NCBI GenBank assembly: GCA_965649825.1
Contig: OZ287694.1
Coordinates: 1,301,197 to 1,365,196 of the forward strand
From: Penicillus capitatus
Taxonomy: Eukaryota; Plantae; Chlorophyta
Direction of reading: 5' to 3'
Length of the DNA: 64,000 nt
This document shows positions 12,836-23,900 of the stretch, one piece after another; the stretch's first letter is position 1, and every line of letters begins with the position of its first letter. The notes under the pieces are model-generated. The model was not told the origin of the DNA. It was given only the letters and a program-made list of their open reading frames with translations, and did no database searches. A program made the position numbers and the translations under genes.

Positions 12836-14245
12836 TTAGACCATCCTGCTTCCAGCGGCATTTTCTTCCATCGCTTCTACAACGAACGGATCCCTCACAG
12901 AGAAAATCAGCAGAGCTGCAAGCAGATAGCCTCCGCCGGACACGGACATCGCCACTTCCGCTCCTGCGACGTCCATCAGTTTCCCAAAGGCGATGGGGGA
13001 CACCACCCCTCCAAGGGATGTCAGCAGATTGTACAGGGAGGAGGCCGTCGCTCGGACAGACACATCGCTCGTGGTGATCGCCAATCCAGTAACGTTCGAG
13101 AAAGTCAGTCCATCAGCCGTAATGGCGCAGATGAGCAACAGAAACCTCGACACGGCATACGAAGATGGAGTGTATGCCCATGCCACAAGAGTCATGCCAA
13201 CGATCCCGTAGAAGATCGATGCGAACAGAGAACGATTTCGGATTTTATAGCGACGGACCAGAAGACATGTCATTCCAGCGATTGAGTACGGGATGGCCGT
13301 CACGAGTCCTGCGACGATCGCGTTTCCCTTGTCCGATCCGCAACTCTCTTTGTCTTCCCCTCTGTCTTCGTCTTCTCCATAAAGCATATCGTTAACCAGT
13401 AACATCGCCCAGAAAGCGACAACGTTGAAGATGGCAAAGTCGATGGCGACGCAAAGCGTACAGATTCTCCACGTTCCATTGGCAAAGATGAGTTTGACTT
13501 CCTGCCAGAACGAGACTTCGTGAACGTCAGGCAATGTGTCGCACTTCTGTGTGATCCATTCCTTCTCTTTCGCTTCCAGAAAGGGCGCTGTTTCAGGAGA
13601 AGCTGGCAGGAAGCAGTAGAGGACCAGCGAGAAGAAAATGGGCACCAGCCCCTCGACGACAAAGAGTAACCTCCATCGCTCAACGCCCGCATGTGTGCCC
13701 AGACTCAACAGTCCTGCCGAGAAAGACGATGAGACGGGTATGGAGAAGTACACTGCTGAGATGATGGCGCCGTAGGCTCTTGTCAGATGATCCTCAGGAT
13801 AAAACAGAGAGATAATGTACCACACTGCTGGAAATACGCCTCCCTCTGCGACACCCAGCAATGCTTGCAAAACGTAGAACTGAGTCGCCGTTTGGATGAA
13901 TCCCAAGGACAGTGCGACGCATCCCCATGAGAAAACGAGGAAGGCGAACCAAGTCGGTGCACCAAGGCGTTTGAGCATGACATTGCCGATAAGCTGTGTG
14001 GACAGAGTTCCAGCGTAGAGCAGACTGACGCCTCTGCCGTATTCTGCGTTGGTTAAGTGAAGCTCGGTGCAAAGGTCTTGTGCAGCAAAACTAACGCTGA
14101 TTCGATTCACGTAGGCAATTAGGATGACCAACACGAGCAGGAACAGAAATCGCCGGTCGAGTTTTCGAACGACCTTCGCAGCGAGGGTGACATCGACGAC
14201 AGGGGGTCGTCTTTCCGATAGTAACGGCAGACTTCCTTCTTCCAT
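12836..14245 (-). CDS. MFS transporter, anion:cation symporter (TtuB/Tna1-like) family, intronless
   Basis: KLDRRFL, YVNRISVSFA, LGVAEGGVFPAVWYIISLFYP, RWRLLFVVEGL. About 12 hydrophobic segments in a single ORF. Confidence 0.92.
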   Translation of the reverse strand: MEEGSLPLLSERRPPVVDVTLAAKVVRKLDRRFLFLLVLVILIAYVNRISVSFAAQDLCTELHLTNAEYGRGVSLLYAGTLSTQLIGNVMLKRLGAPTWFAFLVFSWGCVALSLGFIQTATQFYVLQALLGVAEGGVFPAVWYIISLFYPEDHLTRAYGAIISAVYFSIPVSSSFSAGLLSLGTHAGVERWRLLFVVEGLVPIFFSLVLYCFLPASPETAPFLEAKEKEWITQKCDTLPDVHEVSFWQEVKLIFANGTWRICTLCVAIDFAIFNVVAFWAMLLVNDMLYGEDEDRGEDKESCGSDKGNAIVAGLVTAIPYSIAGMTCLLVRRYKIRNRSLFASIFYGIVGMTLVAWAYTPSSYAVSRFLLLICAITADGLTFSNVTGLAITTSDVSVRATASSLYNLLTSLGGVVSPIAFGKLMDVAGAEVAMSVSGGGYLLAALLIFSVRDPFVVEAMEENAAGSRMV

Positions 14246-15322
14246 TCTATCTCTATCCGAATCGTTCAGCAACGGCTGCCACAGATGACTGTAACGTACG
14301 AGGCAGGCGTTTGCTGAGTTTCTTGTTAAATTGCGGTCAGGAATAGTACAGGACGCATCTTTGTATTCGCAGCCGCGTGTTGCAGGTTGAGTCAGCCGTC
14401 GTGAAAGACAGCGGACATGTTATATTGAGAATTATCCTTAATCGGCGTCGTCGCGAGTCTGGCAGTCACATTCCTCCGGATTGAAAGTAGGTAAGTATCT
14501 CGACGGTAGTATGTCGATCGCCGTCATTGAAGGGATCAAGTCCGACGAAAGTTTTGTTTTTATCACAGGAGATCTCATTTGTCTGTTTGCACGGAACAAA
14601 CGGGGAACTCGCTCGTTTATGTTAAAGAAAACGGAGCTTCTATCGTCTGGTAGTAGAATCTTTATAGACATAGGATGATAGCGACGCAACGAACGACGCC
14701 GGCTTCGTCGCAGTGCATTGTCCTTTCTGACGAAATGAACCACCATTGATGAACAAACAAAGAACGCCAAACAAAACTCCGAAAGACAAAAGACGAACGT
14801 AAACCGCGCAAACGCTCAAGAAAATGAAGAAAGCTGTGTCTGGCTGTTTACAACGATTCGACAGATCGACCGCTTTCTGTGTAGGATGGGTAAACTGTCA
14901 CGCACGTCTGGAGCGAGATCGCCGAATACTGTTGACTTTCATGAACCCATGCGCGCTTTGAAACGCTCCTCGACAGCTCAACATCTTACCGTCTACGTAC
15001 AACACAGATTAACGTATCTGTCCTAAAGCTCCTGTCCGTTCTCGCAGCCGTGTCACAAGTTTCCTCGACAAATGCGTTTATCACACAACCGCGGCAAAGA
15101 ACGAACAAAATAATAAACAGCAGAAAAAGGTAAAAGACATTGCCAAGTTGAAACCTGAGATCGCCGACATGTGTTTCCATCGTCACACGCCACGAACCAC
15201 CGCCTTGGTCATTGGGTCTTTTACCTTATCGCGATGCAGAAGAGTAAGGTCAGGGACGCAGTAAGAATAATGGTTATAATTCTCTCCGTTCCATCTCCAT
15301 TGACATCAATCGTGGGTCGTTA

Positions 15323-16666
15323 TCAAGTCCACGCAACTAAAAAACTCACGAAGATGTAGATTCCGCCAGAAACAGCGATAGCAACTTCTGGCCCAGCTGC
15401 ATCTATGACCTTTCCGAAAACAGAAGGGAATGTGATTGCACCGAGTGCTGCGGTAGCGTTTAACAGGGAGGCAGCGGCAGAACGAGCTGAGGGGTCAGAT
15501 GTGGTCATTACTAAGCCGATAACGTAAACAAACGCCATCGCCTTCGCAGCCATGGTGCATGTAAGCAGAAAGAATCTCAGCACGAACAGCCAACTGGGGG
15601 TGACCGCCCACAATACCAAAGACACGCCAGCAATACAACTCAAAGCGGAAGCGAGTCGCGACCGATTCTTGACGTGATAGCGGCGAAGAATCAGGCAGGA
15701 CATTCCGGCAACCAAGAACGGTATCGCCGTCAGCAGAATCGGGACCACCGCAGTGGCGTTCTTCGGCCTACAAGATTTGGAATCGGTTTCCTCTTCGTCC
15801 TGATAGAGCATCCCGTGAATCAGCAGCGTCGCCCAGAACATGAGACAACTGCTGATGCCGAAATCGCACAAACCCCAGAAAGCGAAAATCATCCACGCTC
15901 TGTTGGTAACCACTGTCTTAACTTCCTGCCAGAACGATAAGCTGACAATGCTGTCTTCTCTTTCTTGTTCTGCAGCAATCCATTCCTTCTCCTCGGCATC
16001 CAGAAAAGCAGCCGATTCAGGAGAAGCTGGCAAGAAGAGGTACAAGACTGCCGAGTAGAGAAAGGGCACCAGTCCCTCTACGATAAAGACTAGTCTCCAT
16101 CCTTCGATGCCCACATAGTCGCCGAGACTCAGCAGCGCCGCCGAAATGGGTGACGAGATCGGCGATGATAAAGTCAAGGCGAAGCTGATGACGCCGCAAG
16201 CATTGGTGACGTGTTCTGGAGGATAGAACAGCGAGATAAGATACCATACTGCTGGAAACGTCCCACCCTCTGCGACTCCCTCTAGCGCTCGCAGCAGATG
16301 GAACTGACTCGCCGTCTGGATGAATCCCAGTGCTGCAGAGATGATACCGCCAGATAGACCGATACAGGAGAGCCATACAGGCGCTCCAAGTTGTTTAAGT
16401 AAGATATTGCCCAGGACTAGGGTGAGTATATATCCGACGTGGAACAGACTGACGCTTTTGCCGTAATCTTCGTTTGTTAGATTAAGCTCATCGCACAGTT
16501 GCTGGGCGACATAACCAACACTGCCTCGATTTGCATAGACTATAAAACCAAGACCGGCGAGCAGACTCAGCAAACGACGGTCGAGTTTCTTAAGAGTCCG
16601 ATGCGCCAGGTCAGGGGTGAGCAGTTGTCGCTCTGGGAGTAGCGGCACATTTTCTTCCCTTACCAT
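15323..16666 (-). CDS. MFS transporter paralog (ACS family), intronless
   Basis: KLDRRLL, YANRGSVGYVA, EGVAEGGTFPAVWYLISLFYP, GWRLVFIVEGL. The C-terminus is slightly shorter than in the paralogs. Confidence 0.9.
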   Translation of the reverse strand: MVREENVPLLPERQLLTPDLAHRTLKKLDRRLLSLLAGLGFIVYANRGSVGYVAQQLCDELNLTNEDYGKSVSLFHVGYILTLVLGNILLKQLGAPVWLSCIGLSGGIISAALGFIQTASQFHLLRALEGVAEGGTFPAVWYLISLFYPPEHVTNACGVISFALTLSSPISSPISAALLSLGDYVGIEGWRLVFIVEGLVPFLYSAVLYLFLPASPESAAFLDAEEKEWIAAEQEREDSIVSLSFWQEVKTVVTNRAWMIFAFWGLCDFGISSCLMFWATLLIHGMLYQDEEETDSKSCRPKNATAVVPILLTAIPFLVAGMSCLILRRYHVKNRSRLASALSCIAGVSLVLWAVTPSWLFVLRFFLLTCTMAAKAMAFVYVIGLVMTTSDPSARSAAASLLNATAALGAITFPSVFGKVIDAAGPEVAIAVSGGIYIFVSFLVAWT

Positions 16667-17471
16667 CTGCTTGAGTTGTTAAAGTACTGTTCGACGTCCG
16701 TTGAAATGAAATTTCTGCCTTCTAACGTTGATGCGTGTAGTCCAGTTGCTAGTAAGAACGGCGGTCACTTCAAGGCGGACGCTTGTCCAGACGATGCAGA
16801 CAGAATGCCAACCAATTATACTCTCAGCATTCTTTAATCGCTACGTGACGTCGAGAAGGTTAAGATGGCCTCATAAGTATGCTCGACGGAAGAAAGGACT
16901 TGGCGGTTTCTCGTTTGCTCTTTTCGTTGATCACTGGTCTTCGAGTGAAACGATGACAGTCGTGTTTCTCGTCGAGCACCACCGCGATTCGGACACATGA
17001 CATCTGTCGTCGTTTCTCGCATTGCGTTCCAGAGGAGTTCGACCATCGAAGGCCGAATGCCTCCCGGGGGTATCGCAAACAAAACGCCTCACCACTATCT
17101 TTCGTCTAGCAGTGGCTGACTGGTTTGGCTGCAGTGTATTAGATAAGCGATCGTTGTGCGTCGAAGGGCTTTCTTATCATGTCTTCTGCGTCTTATCGTC
17201 ACTCGACTGCCTTCGAGCAGGAGGCGAATGCTTCATCGTTCGCAAGCCGCATCGATAGGCTGATAACAAGGTAGAGATTCGGGCAGGCGAATTGATTGGA
17301 CGAATCTCGATCGTCGGCGTTCTTCTTCGACGGTTTTGAACCTCTCTTTGTAGAAATGGGCCTTCGAAACGCAAAACCGCATACGACAGAGACTGACTCC
17401 TGAGATGCGCTTTAGGTTCCACTACCGTAATTTAATTCCTGCACACGTGTCCTTACTCCCCGTTGTAAGGC

Positions 17472-19661
17472 ATGAATATCAACCCTCCATATGTGGTGCT
17501 CGACGATGCGCACGCACCTGGAGAAACACGTGCAATTCTTGACGCCATTGCTAGTGGCCAACTCAGTCGAGCCGAGCACTTATTCAGTTATGCGCAAGAA
17601 AACGGAATTCCGGTGGAGGTTTCATTGGATGGTGCCGACATACTCCAATGCGCCATTGAAGAATCAGAAGAGGCAACGTCGATGATTTTGGAGAGACTTC
17701 TGAGCGGATGCTCGACACTTGCAGACACTTGCCGTGTTCTGAGCTACAATCTGCCACAGATGATTCAGAAGTACCCTAGACTCATGAAGGAGTACTTGGC
17801 GATGGACAGATTCGCCGTCGAATACGGGAGGTTCTCACTACCGAGTTCTTTATTTCGAGAGACCAGCGGACAACCGATAGCTATGATGACAGATGAAGAA
17901 CTCCTCAACTGGAGAGCGCCAGGAAACGTGGCTGCGAAGAACCTTTGGATTAGGACCTGTCCGAAATGTCTCGAAGCCATTGCCTGCAAGAAAAAGAGAA
18001 GACAAATCACAGTCGTCGCCAAACTCCTTTGCTTCGATCAGAAATTCAGTCGCCAGAAAAGGGATGGCTTGGTTTTTGGAGTCAACGCAGACGCTGTCTC
18101 TCTGCGTTGCCGAAGCATGAACTTTCTGATGCTCCTCGCGAAGGCCAATCTGCCTTTGGAGATCTTCAATTCTGAATCGCTAAAGGCTCTTACCGAATGG
18201 CGATTTCGTGACTTTCGCAGAAGATCCTGGTTTGTTGGCATCTGGCATCTGGCATCTGGCAAGAGCACTGATCTTCTCCTTCTTCGCAACGACATACTCT
18301 CTTGACGGGGGAGCGATGAGCAAGAGTGGGCGAACGATATCGCTGACACTGCTCATCGTCTCGTCCTTACCCCCTGCGTTGCCCATCTGGCCCAGACTTT
18401 CCACAATAAAGTAGGACTTCATACACCTCTACTCTTCACGGACATGATAACAGAAGTTTTCAGTTTTCTAGCGGCTGCTTTGCTTTCGATACATGTTGCC
18501 TACAAGGGCCGCCATGATCCTTACTCCATCTTTCTAACCTCTGTCACATGTCTGACCCGCTGGCTCTTGGTACATTCATAGGCACTCTTGTTGCTATTCA
18601 AGCGCATTTTTGGGTTGTTTAGGTTGTTCAATGCCTTCGGCATGTCGATCGCATCGGTCCATTTATCTCGATGGTCCGCTACTCGCTGATCGATATAGTG
18701 CCCTTTCTACTCCTGGGCTTAATGGTGATGTTCGGCGTTTCCCTCGCCTTCACCGTTCTGTTCAACAGCAGTGTTGCAGAGGAAGGCCATCAGTACTTCC
18801 CTTCTATTGTGAATTCTCTCCAGACGCTGTTTTACGCCTGCTTGGGCAATTTTGACGAAGAGGTTAACTTACTGACGGCTGTGGCAATCTTGTTGCATCC
18901 TATAACGTGTTACGTTTGTAGGTCTGGCGAATCTCTGGCGGTTTTCTCTCTGTGTGGAGAGCCATTTTGTTCAATGTCTTTCTCTTTGTTGGTGGGATTG
19001 TCCTCATGAGCCTGTTGGTTGCCATCTTGTCCGACACATACGATAGAGTCAAACTCAAAGAGAAGGCCGAGCTGACGAAGTGTCGTGCGCTGATGGCAGG
19101 CGCATTATCATTCACACGTTCTACCGGCACACGGATCGCAACCAGGTGGGGCGTTCACTTCCTCTTGCCTCAAGCTGACTGTGCTCTGAAAGGAAAGTGG
19201 GATTTTGGCAGACAAAGCTTTATTGGCTTATGGGGCATCTTTTGTTTCTTCGCAAGTGGCTCCTTCCTTCCGTCCCGGAATCCATTAATAAGAAGTACTT
19301 TCATTATCTAGTTCCAGAGGAAGTCTTGAGCGATGATGATGACCGATGGGAAGGCAGAGTTCTGGCCTTCGACAAGAGCCTAAGAAAAGAATCTAAGAGA
19401 CAAGAAAAGAGACTCAAAGAGCAGACGCGAACGATGCTATATGAATTCGCCAATTTGAGACAACGGTGCAACGAAAGCGCCGCACAGGATATGGCTGCTG
19501 CTTCGATGACGAAGTGCGAGTCACGTCGACGTCGCTCTGGCCAAGAAGAGTCCTGCGTCGCCGAGTGTTCGACCTCCAATCCACGCACGGATCTGGATGC
19601 TCGGATGGAGAGACTAGAAAACACTTTGGAACATGTGTTGGAGCAACTAGGCGATTCTTGA
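17472..19661 (+). pseudogene. TRP-type channel subtype C, frameshifted by an extra 7-bp unit
   Basis: Homologous to TRP-B (EYGRFSLPSSLFR, IFNSESLK, FYACLGNFDEE, AILSDTYDRVK). (TCTGGCA)x3 at 18241-18261, where two units would keep the frame GIWHLARAL. Confidence 0.75.
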
Positions 19662-19734
19662 TGTTCGTCGTGACTTCTGATGCTAAGTCTTATTTCACTT
19701 TTATATCCGACGCATTCAGATTTTAGATGTCTGC

Positions 19735-20065
19735 ATTGTCTGCCATCGTTGCGATCGGTTGTCCGTTGTCATGTCAATGGTAAAACGTTGTTAAGGACTC
19801 GTTTCTAGGTGTCGACACGCGTTAACGATGTTTCTGCGACGCGCTACGAAGCACAATTAGAAAACGATCTCGTCTCGAGCGCCTTTGTAAATGTATGCCG
19901 TCCCATCGTCGGCATATAAAATATCACAACACCATCTGCTTCTCGGTACGGGGAGACGACGACGGAGAACCTTCCGTATTCGAGGGAGATTTTGTCGGTC
20001 GCCAAATACTCACTGATGAGCTTCGGGATACTTGTGGACGAGTCCCGGAAGATTCGAGCTCAAGA
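19735..20065 (-). pseudogene. Internal remnant of a TRP-B gene (former head-to-head partner of WD40-TRP copy A2)
   Basis: Matches ~41985-42150 (CTGATGAGCTTCGGG..CTTGTGGACGAGTCCCGGAAGATTCGAGCTCA). It is interrupted by a 165-bp insert and truncated at the TIR element. Confidence 0.8.
19767..19931. mobile_element. Solo-LTR-like 165-bp insertion
   Basis: Termini are TGT...ACA, flanked by CCGT/CCAT (4-bp TSD with one mismatch). Removing it restores the TRP-B sequence GTCCGT|CTGC. Confidence 0.55.
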
Positions 20066-20067
20066 TA

Positions 20068-20856
20068 TCTGCTTAATCAGGCCAACCACGTCAAAACACA
20101 GACATGCCTCCAAATGCCACCAGATGCTGCACATTCCGAGAAATCCACTGCTATTAGAGATCCACTTTCTCTTTCAAACTAAACCGTTCCTTTAATCGAA
20201 ATTGCTACATTCGTGGACATTAGATCCTTTACTTGTTGACAAAAGGGCATTCGCTCTTGGTTCTTGGCAAGGTAGACCAACATTTCTTCTAAGGTGAAGA
20301 CTGATGTTAGATTCGTCCCTGTCGACAATGTGTTTGTTCTCTTGAATGAACTAGAAATGCGCTTCATGTATGTCTTCCTCGAGAGTTCAGAATTGTCGGG
20401 ATTTATCGTGGCAGTTAACGGAGTGGTCTTCTTAACGCTGAGAAGCCTGCCCTCCAACACATTATCAATGGCTGTCGTCGATACTATCAAGGCGAATTCA
20501 GTGTTTAATCTCTTCGCCATCATCATCCTCAATGCCGTGTGCAACGTTCTTCGATCCAATCAATTGGATTGCCAGCATAAACATGACGGGGATACGCCAA
20601 ACACTGGCGCGACGCGAACGCGCCGACGCGTGTACAAAGTCGGAGGAGACGGTGCTGAGTCGATGCAAAGACTGATTACATGGTGAGCCCAGTCAGCTTT
20701 ATGGCCCTGGCGCCCGCGGACCGCTGTCATGTCAAGCAGCGGACAGCCTGTCCGGTCCGCGGGGCCGTAACCGTTTGCGCGTACCCGTCAAAACACCATG
20801 CAGCTTTCAGTACCATACCCACCTCTGGGTTCTGGGCTGAATACTGATTAAGCAGT
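20068..20856 (-). mobile_element. Non-autonomous DNA-transposon-like element with 12-bp TIRs and a degenerate SWIM-like ORF
   Basis: CTGCTTAATCAG (20069-20080) and CTGATTAAGCAG (20844-20855) are exact inverted repeats, with TA dinucleotides one base outside each. The left TIR begins where TRP-B homology stops. The minus strand encodes ...SIKGTV*FERESGSLIAVDFSECAASGGIWRHVCVL, resembling the SWIM CxAGxxGxCxH motif. Confidence 0.5.
20713..20763. other. GC-rich T/Y-shaped nested inverted repeat (three-way junction)
   Basis: CCCGCGGACC (20713-22) pairs with GGTCCGCGGG (20754-63). It encloses abutting hairpins GCTG/CAGC and GGACA/TGTCC with no unpaired junction bases. Confidence 0.7.
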
Positions 20857-20989
20857 TAAGTCCTCGCTGTAAAATACAGTACGTACGCCATATCATTCTT
20901 GGCCGTCTTTTCCCAATCTCCTCCATCATTCAGGTCGCATTCGACTCCTACATGTGTTAAATGCGTGACAATATCCGCGACAGACTCTT

Positions 20990-23900
20990 CACATCGACTT
21001 TATTTTTTGAAGAAATCGAGTATCGGTTGGCAGGTCATTTTGTTCAGAGTCCCAACGACAGCAAGAGGTTCGTCGCGTGTCCAAGAACGCTTCGTTTGCA
21101 TGTCGCGCAACGTCCAACTTGTCGATGTCTCAAAGCGGAACAGACATCTTGCTCGAAAGCGTCAACCTGTTCTGGCGGCAACCCAAACAAACGCAGGAAA
21201 GCAAACCTTTACCTCCGTCGACTGCCACGAAGGTGGGACGTCAGCTTTTCAGAAACACCGTCCATCTTCTGGAAGAATCGACACTTGTCCAATGTCGCAG
21301 GCGAGTCGAGCGGAAGTAATCAGACGTGTTCTCGAGTGGAGAATGACTGCGGGAAACGCGTTGCTCTGATTCAGTTAGACGTCAGTCGTCTCTCAGACGG
21401 CGTGGGTCCTTCCTTCATTGCCTTCTCGAGCGACGCAAAGCGATGCATTGTCTGCAGCGGCAGATGCCTAAGGTGCGTCGTCTTCAGCAAGAAATCGCGA
21501 GCCTGACGTAAGCTGTCTAGTGTGTGGGAAACGACGCGTTTCTCTCAGCTGTGTAACCGGATGGTGTCCAGAGGACAGGAAGTTGTCAACATCAGCTTCT
21601 GCGCTGACAGCTCGTCGCGGTTTATTGTCTTCTTTGCCGATCTGTCGATGTCTGTCTTCCGCGTCGAGCTGAATGGCGAGTGGAATAGTTTTTTTGTTCT
21701 ACGAGAATCGGAGCGCTGGGCCAATCCTGGGTTCTCTGATGACTGGGACCTGTCGAATGCGACGAAAGTCGCTCTCGTTTCCGGCGACGAGATGCGAAGG
21801 ACGTTTGTTTACCTGGCCGAAGTGCCTGAACGAGGTCTGGTGCTCTCCGTGCTTTCGGACGAGGAGCGCGCGTGGGAGGCTCTGCCCTTTGCAGAGTATT
21901 TCGGATCGGACTTTACGTATTCCTATGCCGATTTCGGGGATGATTCTCTCCTCGTCTTCGGAAACCGAAGACTGCCATCCGGGCAGGAGCCTTGTATTGT
22001 TCTCTTCCGCAAGATCCGTCGCCAAAGATCCGACTGGCGTGTGAGTTGTCTCGACGGAAGCAGCGGCAGAATGGACAGGGATGGGACTTTTGTGCTCACA
22101 TGGGACGGCGTGGGGTCGAATGTGAAAGAGGCAGCGCATCGAGTTTACATCTACAGGACTGCAAGTGATTCAACTTCAGATCCAGGACAAATGGTCTCAA
22201 CCGACGACCGCCCGAAGACGAAGAATCCCGCGATCTCGATTGTCCTGGAGAAACACGATGCATTGGTCGGTGGCATGCTGATCGATGCTCGGATGCTGCT
22301 TACGAGCGGATCCCATCTGCTCTCAGCCAACGAAGTGCCGCATTCGGCCAAGATGCTACTGTTCTACGGCAGGAACCGCGGAGAGACAGCGACAGTCTTT
22401 TGCATGGATCTGAAAAACGAGACAATCGAGTTCCAATTGGAGACGCAGATGCCATGGTTCTCGATTGCGTCGACATTAGTAGCTCGTTTTCTCGACAGTG
22501 GAAACGTGGCCATCGCACGCGACGAGCAGAAGATGTTCGTCTGCGAATCGGATGGAAGGCACGGAGTCGTCCATGATCTCAGAGACGGAAGAGTGATCTG
22601 CAGATTACCTCTGTCCTCTCAAGACAGAAACCGAGTGGTGAAGGCGGTGTTCGATCCGACGGGTCAGTTCGTAGCTGTAGACAACGGGACAGTCATTGAA
22701 GTCTTTCGAGTGGCGTTGCCAATCGAGCTCCAAAGAGGTCGCGAATGCGCAGAGGAAACCACTGAAGCGATGCTGTCAGCCCTGTGGTGTGTGGAGGAGT
22801 ACGACAGCATCGCGTTTGGACAGTTGATGGCCGAAGGCTTCGCACTGAAGAGACAGATAACGGCCGAAGTTGCCCCTCTCGCTGAAGCGCGTGTTTTTAC
22901 TGGCCATCGCAGCATTCTCAGCGATTACGAAGGATCGAATGTCACACACGTGATTCTCAGTCCAGACAGACAATCCGTAGCTGTTGTTTTGCGGGAGGGA
23001 CGTTGCAAGATTTGCATCTATCGGACGAAAGAGATACAAGACTTTGAGAGTTTTTCTGCCGACACTCAGTGGAGAATGGTGACCACTGCAGAAGTGGCAC
23101 CTCCAAGATCATCTTATGACGCCAGTTGTGGAATCTTCTGCTCGGCTAACGGTCAGACGGAGTTTGCATTCGCAAGTGCCCAGCACGACGGCATCCTGAT
23201 TGCAAGAGTGCGATTCGAGCGTCCAGAAGATCTTGTCACACATTGGATCGAATCGAGCATTGGTCTGCCGCTGAAGGGAATGAAAGCGACGGCGGATGGC
23301 GCTAAGGCCATCGTCGTGTTCGAGGATGGCGAGTTCGCTGTGCTCGACTTGAAACATGGCTTTCGCACTGTCAACAGAGGCCATCTGCACTATCCCTGTG
23401 GCATCGAATACTTCGTGGAGTCGTTGATCGAAGCCTTTCCGATCCACCTGTCGACGGACAGCGCAACACTCACAGTGGGGTTGGACCCTCTGAAGAAGAA
23501 ACCCGTGTCCTTCCGGCTGAACTCCTCAAGAGAAGACATGACAGCCGAGTACATGTCCAACGTGCCGCGTCTTCTGATACTGGACATCGAAGCGATTCTG
23601 TGGATGAATCGAGAACAGACGAGGGCCATCGTCGGCTTCGGTGCGAGCGATCGCCTCGTCATCTACGACATCTCTCGTAAGTTCAATCGAGGACACTGAC
23701 GGAGATTCAATGTCACGTTTAGAGACTCCGGCCAAGGAACTGCACGACACGTCTGACTCATCATCTGAGCAGATCCTTGAGCTCAACACTGAGTTCCGCG
23801 CTCGCCTGGAGAGTCGACGGGATCGAGACGTGCTGTCAGAGACCAATCGTCTGTCGATTGTCTGCATGCGTTTTCTGCTCGACCTGCAGCATTCAGTCCC

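Noticed and set aside
15300-15335. Possible C-terminal frameshift in MFS2 (alternate frame GLDNDPR resembles the paralogs' VKDP)
   Set aside because: All transmembrane helices are retained, so the effect is probably trivial and the alignment is weak.
20150-20200. Possible TAG/TAA=Gln code (as in some ulvophytes), suggested by an in-frame TAG
   Set aside because: Intact genes end in TAA (MFS, TRP-B1, TRP-D) and long exons lack internal TAA/TAG, so in-frame stops occur only in decayed sequences.
20690-20770. Hammerhead or HDV ribozyme
   Set aside because: Conserved catalytic core sequences were not found on either strand.
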